Below, piece after piece: positions 20,866 through 31,287 of a DNA stretch of 64,000 bases; the stretch's first letter is position 1; each line of letters begins with the position of its first letter. The translations under genes were made by a program, and so were the position numbers. The DNA comes from Geopsychrobacteraceae bacterium (lineage in GTDB: Bacteria; Desulfobacterota; Desulfuromonadia; Desulfuromonadales; Geopsychrobacteraceae): assembly GCA_963662315.1 (NCBI GenBank), contig OY759353.1, positions 1,184,001-1,248,000 on the forward strand. Direction: 5' to 3'. The notes beneath the pieces are model-generated. The model saw only the letters and a list, made by a program, of their open reading frames with translations, was not told the origin of the DNA and ran no database searches.

Positions 20866-20927
20866 ATCCTATTTGATAGGCCTCATTTATTGACAGATAG
20901 GTTATTATTTTCCTTGTTTAAATGCAA
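20866..20927 (-). promoter_or_regulatory. Sigma70 promoter TTGCAT-N17-TAACCT plus operator ATCCTA-N5-TAGGCC (20866-20882)
   Basis: Read from the minus strand; operator matches four other copies in the region. Confidence 0.6.
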
Positions 20928-21072
20928 CCGAAAATTACCCGTTTTTAAATAGTCCCCAATAGCCTGTCTTCTAAAAATGACAGCTTTCTATTACGAATTT
21001 TCATAATCCTATGATTCGCACAAAAGGATAATGCGTTCAACCACCCCTTGCTGACAAAAAATAAAAAGATGA

Positions 21073-21133
21073 TTGACAAAAATAAGCACCATGGATATTC
21101 TAGGCTCCGACACGGCGTTCTTCTCTATAGGAC
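21073..21133 (+). promoter_or_regulatory. Sigma70 promoter TTGACA-N17-TATTCT plus operator GTTCTT-N5-TAGGAC (21117-21133)
   Basis: Near-consensus promoter; operator begins 16 bp after the end of the -10 box. Confidence 0.7.
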
Positions 21134-21351
21134 AAGCGTGATTTTAATAAAGAACATCGTTTGCATTTTTCTCGAGAGAAACAAAATCAAACTGAGAGCA
21201 GATAAGGAAATCTAAACTGGGAATTGTCCTTCAACCATTTGAGCTCTTAGGAAAAACACTTACTGGTCATGCCAGCCAACAGATCTAAAACTGTGTTTTT
21301 ACGCAGATATTGTTTCGATCAAAATCTTTACGTTTTAGGTGAGGAAAGACA

Positions 21352-21924
21352 ATGGCGAAGAAAAAACAGAATTTGATTGTACAGGCAGTGGATGCTTACT
21401 TCAGCTTACTGAAGGTTATCATTGTCTTGTGTATGGCAGCTATGCTGATACTGGTTTTTGGTAATGTATTTCTGCGTTACGCGTTCAATACCGGCATCAC
21501 TATTTCAGAAGAAGTATCTCGGTGGTTTTTTGTTTGGATGGTTTTCCTTGGTGCTCTAGTTACAATGCGTGAACATGGCCATCTTGGTGTTGATACTGTC
21601 GTTAAACGTCTGCCAATTCCAGCCCAGAAAGTCTGTTTCCTTGCAGTTCAATGCATTATGCTTTTCGCCAGCTACCTGATCCTGACCGGTGGCTATCAGC
21701 AAACAATGCTGAATGTCGGCGTTCATGCGGCTGCTTCCGGTTTGCCCAAAACTCTATTCTACGGAGTAGGAGTTATTTTCGGTGCTACAGCTATTCCAAT
21801 CATCCTTTATGACATCTACAAACTGCTTAGTGGTCGCTTAACCAACGACCAACTTATCGGAGTTGTTGACGAATCTCTTGATGAAGAAGAGCTAGAAAAA
21901 GAACTGGCTCATTTCAAGTCATAA
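21352..21924 (+). CDS. TRAP transporter small permease (DctQ family), system 1
   Basis: Four hydrophobic segments; NVFLRY…SEEVSRW…HLGVD motif. Confidence 0.9.
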   Translation: MAKKKQNLIVQAVDAYFSLLKVIIVLCMAAMLILVFGNVFLRYAFNTGITISEEVSRWFFVWMVFLGALVTMREHGHLGVDTVVKRLPIPAQKVCFLAVQCIMLFASYLILTGGYQQTMLNVGVHAAASGLPKTLFYGVGVIFGATAIPIILYDIYKLLSGRLTNDQLIGVVDESLDEEELEKELAHFKS

Positions 21925-21948
21925 ATTTGATACACGGAGGATTTAACT

Positions 21949-23232
21949 GTGGTTATCGGAATTTTTCTCGGAACATTATTTGCTACTTTAGCTATCGGTA
22001 CACCGATTGCTTTTTCACTGTTGGCCTGCGGTATTGTCCTGATGGTCCACCTGGACTTCTTTGACGCCCAGATTGTTGCTCAGAATGTTATTCACGGAGC
22101 AGACAGCTTTCCCCTTCTTGCCGTCCCCTTCTTCCTCCTGGCTGGAGAGGTCATGAACGTTGGAGGACTTTCAAAACGTATTGTTAATGTCGCCATTACC
22201 CTGGTTGGTCACGTGCGTGGCGGCCTGGGCTTTGTTGCTATTCTCGCATCGGTTTTATTAGCTGCACTTTCCGGTTCGGCCGTAGCTGATGCGGCAGCGC
22301 TCGCTTCTTTGCTGGTCCCCATGATGGTTAAAGCTGGTCACACTAAAGAACGCTCATGTGGCCTTATTGCTTCTGGCGGCATCATTGCGCCGATCATTCC
22401 ACCCAGTATCGGCTTTATCGTTTTCGGTGTTGCCAGCGAATTGTCGATTTCCAAACTATTCATGGCCGGTATCGTTCCTGGTCTTATGATGGCAATCTTC
22501 CTGTGTATTGCATGGTGGCTGACCTGCCGTAAAGATAAAGTTGAACCGCAACCGCGCAAATCTGCCAAGGAAATTTTTAGAGCAATCTTAGACAGTTTCT
22601 GGGCGTTAATGTTACCCCTGATAATCATCTTCGGCCTTAAATTCGGTATTTTTACACCGACCGAAGCGGCTGTCGTAGTCGCGGTATATGCTCTATTTAT
22701 TGCTATATTTGTCTACAAAGAATTAAAAATCAACCAGCTTTACGGGGTCTTTGTTACTGCAGCAAAAACGACCTCTGTCGTTATCTTCCTCGTCGGTTCC
22801 GCCCTTGTTTCTTCCTGGATGATTACGGTTGGTGACGTTCCTGGCCAGGTTGTTAAAATGCTCGGTCCCTTCCTCGACAATAAATTTCTGTTGATGGCCG
22901 CCATCATGCTGCTCATTGTCGCCGTAGGAACCTGTATGGACATGACACCATCAATCCTGATTCTAACTCCGGTACTCATGCCAATTATTGTCAAAGCCGG
23001 CATCGACCCGATCTACTTTGGGGTTCTGTTCATTATCAACACATCAATTGGCCTGATTACTCCACCGGTAGGCACAGTTTTGAATGTCGTCGCCGGTGTC
23101 GGGAAAGTCAGTATGGATGACCTGATTAAAGGAATCTGGCCTTTCATACTTGCTGAACTTCTCGCCTTGATTCTGATTATTATTTTCCCAGCAATCGTTA
23201 CCGTTCCCGCGGAATGGTTTAGCGGCAAATAA
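21949..23232 (+). CDS. TRAP transporter large permease (DctM family), system 1
   Basis: LAVPFFLLAG, SGSAVADAA, IIPPS, FTPTEAA, GLITPPVG. Confidence 0.93.
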   Translation: MVIGIFLGTLFATLAIGTPIAFSLLACGIVLMVHLDFFDAQIVAQNVIHGADSFPLLAVPFFLLAGEVMNVGGLSKRIVNVAITLVGHVRGGLGFVAILASVLLAALSGSAVADAAALASLLVPMMVKAGHTKERSCGLIASGGIIAPIIPPSIGFIVFGVASELSISKLFMAGIVPGLMMAIFLCIAWWLTCRKDKVEPQPRKSAKEIFRAILDSFWALMLPLIIIFGLKFGIFTPTEAAVVVAVYALFIAIFVYKELKINQLYGVFVTAAKTTSVVIFLVGSALVSSWMITVGDVPGQVVKMLGPFLDNKFLLMAAIMLLIVAVGTCMDMTPSILILTPVLMPIIVKAGIDPIYFGVLFIINTSIGLITPPVGTVLNVVAGVGKVSMDDLIKGIWPFILAELLALILIIIFPAIVTVPAEWFSGK

Positions 23233-23245
23233 ACCAAAATCACAA

Positions 23246-23276
23246 ACCAGCAGGGACGACATAAAGCCCTGCTGGT
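23246..23276 (+). other. Intercistronic stem-loop between dctM and dctP
   Basis: ACCAGCAGGG…CCCTGCTGGT 10-bp stem without U-tract. Confidence 0.5.
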
Positions 23277-23405
23277 CTCATATGAGCATTGAACGCGTTG
23301 AAAGATAATGAGGTAAAGAAACGGAGGTCAACACATTCCTCGCAAACTGAAGTTGTTGCTTGCTTAGTAAACACAGTAGTTCCTAAACACAACAAGGAGA
23401 ATGCA

Positions 23406-24422
23406 ATGAAGAAAAGTATCTTGAACAAGTTGATCGTTTTCGCTGCTACCGCAGCGCTGCTGATACCAGCAGTTTCTTTTGCTGCGGATATCAGCAAGCA
23501 TACCTTTAAATTCGCCTACCAGAATTCTAAAGAGCACCCCCAAGGTCAAGGGGTTGAAAAGTTTGCTGAACTCGTCAAAGAAAAAAGTGGTGGCAAAATG
23601 ACCGTCAAAACCTACCCAAGCGGTATGCTCGGCGGCGACCTTCAGACTGTATCCGCTCTTCAGGGTGGGACTATTGACTTTACTGTTCTGAATGCCGGCC
23701 TTCTGGTTGGTCTTGTTCCTGAATTCGGCATCTTCGATTTCCCATTTATGTTTAACGATGAAAAAGAGGCTGACACCATCGTTGACGGTACCTTCGGCAA
23801 GATGATGTTTGATAAGCTACCTGCAAAAGGGTTGGTTGGTCTTGGTTACTGGGAGCTCGGATTCCGTAACATGACCAACAACGTGCGTCCAATTACTAAA
23901 CTCGAAGACTTCAGTGGTATCAAACTTCGCGTTCTGCAGTCTCCTGTATTCATTGACACTTTCAACACGCTGGGCTGCAACACGGTTCCTCTCCCCTACC
24001 CTGAGTTGTACAGCGCTCTTGAACAACATGTTGTCGACGGACAGGAAAACCCTGTCACCAATGTTCAATTTGCTAGTTTCTATGAAGTTCAGAAGTACTT
24101 TTCTTTTACCAAGCACATTTATTCTCCACAATCCAGTCTGATCTCAAAGCGTACCTGGGACAAACTGAACGACGCGGAGAAAAAAGTAATTGTTGATGCC
24201 GAGCGAGAAGCTAAAATCTACCAACGCGAGGTAAATCGCGCACAAATGGCTAAATCTCTCACCTTCGTTAAAACCAAAATGGCCGTTAACGAAATCGATC
24301 CTGCTGAAATGGATCGTATCCGTGCTGCAGCCAAGCCAGTTTACGAAAAAAATACTCCTAAAGTCGGCCAGGCCACTGTTGACGCGTTTTATGCCGAAGT
24401 TGCCAAGGTTCGCGCTAAATAA
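23406..24422 (+). CDS. TRAP substrate-binding protein (DctP family), system 1
   Basis: Signal peptide after AAGGAG; GFRN, KLRV (carboxylate-binding Arg), ELYSAL…VDGQENP. Confidence 0.93.
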   Translation: MKKSILNKLIVFAATAALLIPAVSFAADISKHTFKFAYQNSKEHPQGQGVEKFAELVKEKSGGKMTVKTYPSGMLGGDLQTVSALQGGTIDFTVLNAGLLVGLVPEFGIFDFPFMFNDEKEADTIVDGTFGKMMFDKLPAKGLVGLGYWELGFRNMTNNVRPITKLEDFSGIKLRVLQSPVFIDTFNTLGCNTVPLPYPELYSALEQHVVDGQENPVTNVQFASFYEVQKYFSFTKHIYSPQSSLISKRTWDKLNDAEKKVIVDAEREAKIYQREVNRAQMAKSLTFVKTKMAVNEIDPAEMDRIRAAAKPVYEKNTPKVGQATVDAFYAEVAKVRAK

Positions 24423-24441
24423 GAATAAGGTAATCAACTAT

Positions 24442-24480
24442 AAAAAAGCCGGTGAAAATCCAAGTTTCACCGGCTTTTTT
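24442..24480 (+). terminator. Rho-independent terminator
   Basis: AAAAAAGCCGGTGAAA…TTTCACCGGCTTTTTT. Confidence 0.88.
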
Positions 24481-24626
24481 AAGCATGATGATTTTCATAT
24501 AAAGGGCATCAACCTCACACACAATCCCCGGCTAGAACATTTCATCTGATGCCTTCCTTCCCTACCCTAAATATTTTCTTGTCAGAAAAAATACCTTGTT
24601 CACCAGCGTCAAAACATCATTTCATA

Positions 24627-24673
24627 TTGACGAGTAACAATATTTCAAGTATTAGTGTCCTAACGTAAAGGAT
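24627..24673 (+). promoter_or_regulatory. Candidate promoter (TTGACG-N17-TATTAG) and operator GTCCTA-N5-AAGGAT (24657-24673)
   Basis: Operator matches the 17-bp palindrome seen at four other promoters; -10 box is weak. Confidence 0.5.
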
Positions 24674-25046
24674 GTTTGTTTTTACAGGCGATATGTGTCT
24701 TTTTTTGTTTAGGTTATGGATACTTGCAGTATGATTGCAAATCATCTAGCTTTACTTTGACAAACATAACAGCTTTCGGTTATCAACTGACGTAGCATAT
24801 GGTTTATTTTTTTATATAATTGTGTTCATTTCCATTAAAGAGCCTTTGACGGAAGTAATCCAGCGGTACTTTTAGTCGCCGGAAGTGGAGAGAACCCATT
24901 TTATTAACAAAGGAGGTAAAAACCAAACACATCAGTTCTTAAATAATTATTAAGAGCCTGATAAAGGTTACATTGCTCGACCTGAATGCTATTAAAAAAC
25001 GCCAGAAGTTGATTCTTAATCCCCCCCCCCAATGAAGGAGGAACCA

Positions 25047-26039
25047 ATGAGAACATCTTTGCTACGCCATGTATTAAAAACCTCAACCATAGCAGTCGTG
25101 TTAATAGCCCTGGCCAGCACCGCTTTTTCTGCTGACAAAATCAAATTGCGTCTGGCCTCTGTAAACTCAGCAACTGACGCCCGAGCAGTCGCTCTAGATA
25201 CCGTTTTCGGCCCAGCCATTGCTGATTTCGCAACCTTTGAACCTCACTGGAACGGTACCCTTTACAAGCAGGGAACCGAACTTGAAGCAATTGCTCGCGG
25301 TAATCTTGACATGTCTATTACCTCAGCTCAGGAACTTGCTGAATTCATACCAGCCTTTACCATCTTTTCCGCTGGGTATCTGCATCGTGATGCTGCCCAC
25401 CAAGTAAAGGTTTTCAATGATCCACTAATGGATCCGTTCAAAGCTCAAGTAGAAAAAACCCTCGGTGTTAAGTTGCTTACTGTTATCTATCTGGGCCGTC
25501 GTCAATTAAATCTGCGTAGCGACAAGCACATTGAAACCCCAGAAGATCTAAAAGGGGTGAAACTCCGTATGCCTGGTACTGATGCCTGGCAATTCCTTGG
25601 TCGTGCCCTTGGCGCCAACCCAACACCAATGGCATTCACTGAAGTCTATACTGCCCTACAGACTGGCGCTATTGATGGTCAGGACAACCCACTGCCGACA
25701 GACAAAGATGCCAAATTTTATGAAGTTACCAAGCAAATTGTTCTTACCAGCCACCTTGTTGATCTGAACTACCTTGCCATCAGTAAGAAAAAATTTGACA
25801 GCATGACTCCTGAACAACAGAAGAGAGTTCAAAAAGCTGCTGACGATATGGCGGAATGGGGCCGTAACCGCCAACTCAAACTTGAAGATGAACTTGCTCA
25901 ATTCTTCAAAGATCAGGGGCTTAAAGTCTACGAGCCTAATGTTGAGGCTTTCCGTACCCGGGTTCAGAAAATGTATCTTGAATCAGAATACTCAAAAACC
26001 TGGCCCAAAGGGCTCATCGACAAAATCAACGCCCTGTAA
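25047..26039 (+). CDS. TRAP substrate-binding protein (DctP/SiaP-like), system 2
   Basis: AAGGAGG RBS, signal peptide, YLGRRQL, KLRMP, EVYTALQTGAIDGQDNP. Confidence 0.92.
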   Translation: MRTSLLRHVLKTSTIAVVLIALASTAFSADKIKLRLASVNSATDARAVALDTVFGPAIADFATFEPHWNGTLYKQGTELEAIARGNLDMSITSAQELAEFIPAFTIFSAGYLHRDAAHQVKVFNDPLMDPFKAQVEKTLGVKLLTVIYLGRRQLNLRSDKHIETPEDLKGVKLRMPGTDAWQFLGRALGANPTPMAFTEVYTALQTGAIDGQDNPLPTDKDAKFYEVTKQIVLTSHLVDLNYLAISKKKFDSMTPEQQKRVQKAADDMAEWGRNRQLKLEDELAQFFKDQGLKVYEPNVEAFRTRVQKMYLESEYSKTWPKGLIDKINAL

Positions 26040-26135
26040 AGGTAACAGTTAAAGCCATGCAACACTGAAGTACCAGATCGGGTGTGATCAGAACAACTGA
26101 TCACACCCCTCTGTTTATCGAGAGGATTTTGTTTC

Positions 26136-26639
26136 ATGCACAAAACGGGCAGATTTCTGCAAAACAGAGCAGATGACGTTGGCATAACAATGCTTGCTGT
26201 CATGTTTCTTACCTTTGTCGGCCAGATATTATGGCGCTACATCTTAAATGACCCCCTGACCTGGTCTGTTGAACTGTGCCTTATTTTATGGCTCTGGACA
26301 GTTTTCTGGGGATCTGCCTTCTGTGTCAGGGACAAAGAACACGTCCGTTTCGACATGTTATTTCTGGCCGTAAGACCAAAAATTCAACGTATTTTCGCTG
26401 GAATATCCGCCCTAGCTATTATTATTTGCATTGCCGCTTCATGGCCAGGAACCTACGATTACGTCAGTTTTCTGATGATAAAAAAGAGTGGAACCTTGCG
26501 CATCCCTCTTGCCTATGTCTTCAGTATTTATCTGATTTTTATGATTGCGCTGGTGGTTACTTATGTGACTCGGCTTATCAAGATTTTTAAAGGTACGCTA
26601 CAAACAGAGAATGATGAACGTGGAGGTCTAGAAGAATGA
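26136..26639 (+). CDS. TRAP small permease (DctQ family), system 2
   Basis: QILWRY…WSVEL…HVRFD; four TM segments. Confidence 0.9.
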   Translation: MHKTGRFLQNRADDVGITMLAVMFLTFVGQILWRYILNDPLTWSVELCLILWLWTVFWGSAFCVRDKEHVRFDMLFLAVRPKIQRIFAGISALAIIICIAASWPGTYDYVSFLMIKKSGTLRIPLAYVFSIYLIFMIALVVTYVTRLIKIFKGTLQTENDERGGLEE

Positions 26640-27931
26640 CCCTGGCATTTGCAATCAGCTTAGTCGCATTGTTCGGACTTGCAGCAATCGGAACACCGGT
26701 CGGATACTCCATTATTTGTGGTTCAATTGTTTATCTCGCAGCTTCGAGTCAAGACCTCGGAATTGCCGGCGAACAGATTATTAATGGTCTGTTTCAAAGC
26801 TTTGTTCTGTTGGCCGTTCCCTTGTTTATTGTCGCCGCTAACATCATGAACGCAGGCTCTATCAGTGAGCGACTACTTGATTTTTGTATTGCCGCCGTTG
26901 GCCGCTTCAAAGGAGGGCTTGGGCACGTCAACGTTGTTGCCAGCCTGATTTTTTCAGGGATGTCAGGGTCGGCAGTCGCAGATGCTGCAGGAATCGGTAA
27001 AATCATTATCGACATGATGACCAAAGGGGGACGTTATCCTGGAGGCTATGCGGCAGCAATCACCGCTGCCTCAGCGACCATCGGTCCGGTTATCCCCCCA
27101 TCCATTCCTATGGTTCTTTACGCCCTGGTTTCAGACGCTTCGATTGGCTATCTGTTTCTTGCCGGAATTATCCCCGGCCTGTTGATGGGAGTGGTTCTGA
27201 TGATCATGAATGCGATTATCTCTTACAAACGTGGGTTCGGTAGTGATAAGATCGTACCGTTACGCGAACTTCCGAAGATAACAGCAACAGCATTTCCAGC
27301 GTTAATGATGCCGGTGATTCTGCTGTGGGGTATATATGGCGGGGCCACAACACCCACAGAGGCGGCAGCAGTGGCTGCTGCGTACGCGTTCATTTTGGCC
27401 GCGATTTTCTATCGGGCACTTAATCTGAAAAATATCAGGGACATTCTACTCAGCAGTCTGAAATCATCATCATCCGTCGGATTGGTTATCGGCGGTGCAC
27501 TGATTCTTAATTATGTAGTTGCTACAGAAAATATTCCTAATCGCCTTGCCGGGTTGATGGATGGGATGAATGTTTCCCCACTGTTGTTCCTACTGTGTAT
27601 CAACATTCTGCTGCTGGCACTGGGCTGTATTCTTGATGCGACCACCATCATTCTTGTTATCATCCCACTTTTTATTCAATCATGCCGTGCACTGGGAATT
27701 GACCTTATCCATTTCGGTATAATTGTGGTTGTCAACTGTATGATTGGCCTGATTACTCCGCCATACGGCATCTTGCTTTTTGTTATCAATGGTGTCACAG
27801 GTATCAAGTTAATCGATATGATCAAAGAGCTGTGGCCATTCCTGATTGCTTTGCTCGTTGCTCTGGCAATCCTTACTCTCATGCCAGACTTGGTGCTTTG
27901 GTTACCACGTTACTTCGGCTATGCAGGATAA
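26636..27931 (+). CDS. TRAP large permease (DctM family), system 2
   Basis: LLAVPLF, SGSAVADAA, IPPS, TPTEAAA, GLITPPYG. Confidence 0.93.
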   Translation: MTLAFAISLVALFGLAAIGTPVGYSIICGSIVYLAASSQDLGIAGEQIINGLFQSFVLLAVPLFIVAANIMNAGSISERLLDFCIAAVGRFKGGLGHVNVVASLIFSGMSGSAVADAAGIGKIIIDMMTKGGRYPGGYAAAITAASATIGPVIPPSIPMVLYALVSDASIGYLFLAGIIPGLLMGVVLMIMNAIISYKRGFGSDKIVPLRELPKITATAFPALMMPVILLWGIYGGATTPTEAAAVAAAYAFILAAIFYRALNLKNIRDILLSSLKSSSSVGLVIGGALILNYVVATENIPNRLAGLMDGMNVSPLLFLLCINILLLALGCILDATTIILVIIPLFIQSCRALGIDLIHFGIIVVVNCMIGLITPPYGILLFVINGVTGIKLIDMIKELWPFLIALLVALAILTLMPDLVLWLPRYFGYAG

Positions 27932-27934
27932 TTT

Positions 27935-28849
27935 ATGAGTCATTCATTTACATCCCATTTTGGTATCTGGCCGGCGTTACTGACGCCTCTGACAGAGAAC
28001 CTTTCTGTTGACACCAAATCTTTAGCAGATCACATTAACCGCCTCCTTAAAAGAGGCTGCCAAGGAGTCACCCTGTTCGGAACCACGGGGGAAGGTCCTT
28101 CCTTTTCTACTACCGAACGGACTGAAACACTTGAAACCCTGATAAACGACGGTATTCCTGCCCATAAAATTCTTGTTCATACCGGTGCGGCAGCGTTACC
28201 GGATACGGTAAAACTGTGTCAGCATGCAACGAATCTGGGTGTTCACGGCTGTCTGGTCATGCCCCCCTTCTTTTTCAAGGGAGTTACTGATCAAGGGGTT
28301 ATTAATTACTACCGGCAATTAATTGCCAACGTTGGTCTGCCCCAGCTTAAACTGGTGCTTTACCATTTGCCACAGATCAGTTATGTGCCACTGACGATTC
28401 CCATTATCAGGCAACTCCTGTCAGAATACCCGGATATTATTCTGGGAATTAAAGACAGTGGCTGCAATCGCGAGGAATCCATCGCCTTGACACAGGCGAT
28501 AACTCCGGTTCAGGTCTGGGTAGGAAACGAACCTGACTTACAAACCATGGCCACCCTGGGTAGCAAAGGTGCGGTAAGTGGCGTTGCCAACATTTTGCCA
28601 GAGCTGGTGCAGAAACTGGTCGGTGCCATAGATTCAGACAATCCTGCCGCTGACCAGGAGACCATCATCTCATTTTTATCAATTTTCGATCAATTTCCCA
28701 TGCTACCCGCCTTTAAAGCTATGCTCAGTATTGCGTACAATGATCCAGGCTGGCTCCGAATGCGTGCCCCACTGGTAGCGTTGACACCTCAACAGGTTAC
28801 TCAATTAAAGGAGTTATCCGACCACCTCGGATTTAACTTCGAGCGCTAA
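27935..28849 (+). CDS. DapA/N-acetylneuraminate-lyase family pyruvate aldolase
   Basis: GTTGEG, PPFFF, LYHLP, GIKDS (Schiff-base Lys). Confidence 0.88.
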   Translation: MSHSFTSHFGIWPALLTPLTENLSVDTKSLADHINRLLKRGCQGVTLFGTTGEGPSFSTTERTETLETLINDGIPAHKILVHTGAAALPDTVKLCQHATNLGVHGCLVMPPFFFKGVTDQGVINYYRQLIANVGLPQLKLVLYHLPQISYVPLTIPIIRQLLSEYPDIILGIKDSGCNREESIALTQAITPVQVWVGNEPDLQTMATLGSKGAVSGVANILPELVQKLVGAIDSDNPAADQETIISFLSIFDQFPMLPAFKAMLSIAYNDPGWLRMRAPLVALTPQQVTQLKELSDHLGFNFER

Positions 28850-28932
28850 TTGACCTCGTCCCCCTCGCTAATCACCTTCTTCGGTTAGTGAGGGGACTCC
28901 TGAAGTATTCCTTACTCTTGCAGGAGCTAAAG

Positions 28933-29988
28933 ATGAATCCTTTAAAATTAGCGGTGTTAGGCGCCGGTCTGATTGGTAAACGTCACATCAAGACCATCCA
29001 GAACCGACCTGATCTAGCCCGACTTATAGCAATTGTTGATCCGGTCTTGCCTGCTGGTAGCAACAATGAATGGCAAACCCCCGTCTACCCTGATATTCTT
29101 TCAATGCTCGATGCGACCACCCCTGACGGCGTTATTATTGCTACCCCAAACAATATGCACCTTGAACATGGAAAAATCTGCTGTAATCAAGGACTGCATT
29201 TTATTGTTGAAAAACCAGTCACTGCGACATTAGCTGAAGCGCATGATTTGGTTAAAGCCGTTGAGCAATCCGGGGTTCACACCCTTGTCGGTCATCACCG
29301 TCGCTATCTTCCTCAGGTGCAGAGAGCAAAACAATGCATCGACGATGGTGAAATAGGTGAATTGGTGGCAGCTTCTGTTATCTGGGCAACCCGCAAACCA
29401 GATAATTATTTCAATGTAGAATGGCGCAAAAAACCTGGAGGTGGGCCAATTCTGATTAATGTTATTCACGATATCGATATGTTGCGTTACCTATGTGGCG
29501 AGGTGGTAGAAGTTCGAGGAATGTTCAGCAATCAGCACAGAGGATTCCCCGTTGAGGATACTACCGGTGCTATTTTACGCTTTGCCAACGGATGCATGGC
29601 TACCTTAATCTGTACCGATGCCGGGCTGTCACCATGGACGATTGAACAAGGTTCAGGAGAAAACCCGTCATATGCTTTTACCCATGAAAGCGCCTATCGC
29701 ATTATCGGTACCCGTGGAAGTCTGGAAATGCCGGTTTTAAAGAAATGGTCAGCGCGCACCCCCGGAGATGAGGCCTGGGACAAACCTTTAACAAGCTCTT
29801 ATCTATTGACCGACAGCTGGGATGTCTACGAGCAACAACTCGATCACTTTAAACAGGTCATTCAGAATAACGAACCACCTATCTGTTCGGTCTTTGACGC
29901 AGCAAGGTCTTTAGCAGCGACATTAAGTATTGTCCGGGATTGTGCCGCCGGCGCTGGCACCAACCCAGATAGCGATCTGGATTATTAA
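28933..29988 (+). CDS. Gfo/Idh/MocA family NAD(P)-dependent oxidoreductase
   Basis: GAGLIG, IATPN..H, VEKP, VGHHRR, GGGP…IHDID; start after AGGAG. Confidence 0.9.
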   Translation: MNPLKLAVLGAGLIGKRHIKTIQNRPDLARLIAIVDPVLPAGSNNEWQTPVYPDILSMLDATTPDGVIIATPNNMHLEHGKICCNQGLHFIVEKPVTATLAEAHDLVKAVEQSGVHTLVGHHRRYLPQVQRAKQCIDDGEIGELVAASVIWATRKPDNYFNVEWRKKPGGGPILINVIHDIDMLRYLCGEVVEVRGMFSNQHRGFPVEDTTGAILRFANGCMATLICTDAGLSPWTIEQGSGENPSYAFTHESAYRIIGTRGSLEMPVLKKWSARTPGDEAWDKPLTSSYLLTDSWDVYEQQLDHFKQVIQNNEPPICSVFDAARSLAATLSIVRDCAAGAGTNPDSDLDY

Positions 29989-30010
29989 TTCAATATTAAG
30001 GATATCAACG

Positions 30011-30820
30011 ATGCAGCATAAATATTCCCTGGGCTATCTGACCACACCTACCTGCGCCCCTCCAGAAATGATCTACCTTGCCGCACGAACCGGATATGAC
30101 TACGTCAGCCTAAGAACGATCGCCATGGGACTGCCAGGGGAGGTGAATTATGGCCTGGCGCATAATTCACAATTGTATAAAGATACAAAACAGGCACTGC
30201 TTGAAACCGGTGTGCTCCTTCTTGATATAGAAAATGCCAGGATTCATGACCATGCTGATTTTAGCCACTATTTTTCTGAAATGGAGATTGCAGCAGAATT
30301 AGGAGCAAAGGCCATCCTGACCAATGTCTGGACCACAGACCATGGTCGCACCATTGACCAATTCTCCAAACTCTGTGAAAAGGGAAAACAATTAGGATTA
30401 AATATACATCTCGAATTCGTTACCTGGTCCAACGTATGTAACATTATGGAAGCTGTCGCAATTCTTGATGAATGTGGCTATGATAATTGCGGCATGATTA
30501 TCGACACCCTGCACTTTCATCGTTCTCGATGTCAATTAAGTGACCTGGCTCACTCCCCTGAAAAATATTTAACGGCTTTACATTTATGCGATGCCCCTGC
30601 CGAAATCCCCATGAATAAAGCGGATCTCATTCACACTGGGCGAGCTGAACGCCTTTACGTCGGTGAAGGGGAAATTGATATTGCGACAATTGTCAAAGCA
30701 ATGCCGGAAGTGGTTTTGTGTCTGGAGATCCCCCACCTGCATAGATTGGAAACCTTAGGAGCCGAAAAGCATGCGTTCCGTTGCCTCCAGACAGCACAAA
30801 GCTATCTGCAACACCAATAG
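30011..30820 (+). CDS. Sugar-phosphate isomerase/epimerase-like TIM-barrel protein (XylA/IolE superfamily), copy 1
   Basis: Metal ligands LEF, DTLH, HLCD, RLYVGEG.ID, LEIP. Confidence 0.85.
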   Translation: MQHKYSLGYLTTPTCAPPEMIYLAARTGYDYVSLRTIAMGLPGEVNYGLAHNSQLYKDTKQALLETGVLLLDIENARIHDHADFSHYFSEMEIAAELGAKAILTNVWTTDHGRTIDQFSKLCEKGKQLGLNIHLEFVTWSNVCNIMEAVAILDECGYDNCGMIIDTLHFHRSRCQLSDLAHSPEKYLTALHLCDAPAEIPMNKADLIHTGRAERLYVGEGEIDIATIVKAMPEVVLCLEIPHLHRLETLGAEKHAFRCLQTAQSYLQHQ

Positions 30821-31132
30821 CCAAAAGCTCCCCCCTACCGTAAAATGCTGCCAAATGTAACCTTGGCACTCCATTGACCAACAAAAATACTCCCAAACTC
30901 CCCTGTCAGTAAAAAACGGCCATCCTAAAAACAATTCTACCTGCAGGGACAAAATTCACATCCACATTATTCGTTTGCTCGTACAGCCAGAAAATTCAAC
31001 AAGATCTGACCTGTGAGTTACACGTTTAAAATTTTTTTACAGGTTCCCTAAAGTCACCAGCTCTTTTTTTTTGTTAAAATTGCTCAAAGGCCTCCGAACT
31101 CCATCATACTTAAGCATTTATTTATAAATTTA

Positions 31133-31193
31133 TTGACACATATGACGTTACATTTTATTCTATCTTCCACGACAGCGTTCCACCTTTTAGGAT
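31133..31193 (+). promoter_or_regulatory. Sigma70 promoter TTGACA-N17-TATTCT plus operator GTTCCA-N5-TAGGAT (31177-31193)
   Basis: Same architecture and spacing as the promoter at 21073. Confidence 0.7.
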
Positions 31194-31287
31194 TTATATT
31201 TGAATTAAAAATTTAGTTTTCCTGAATTAGAGAAATTTATTGTGGAATCAGCGACAATTAGACCCTTCTAAAAATAGGAGAAAGATA

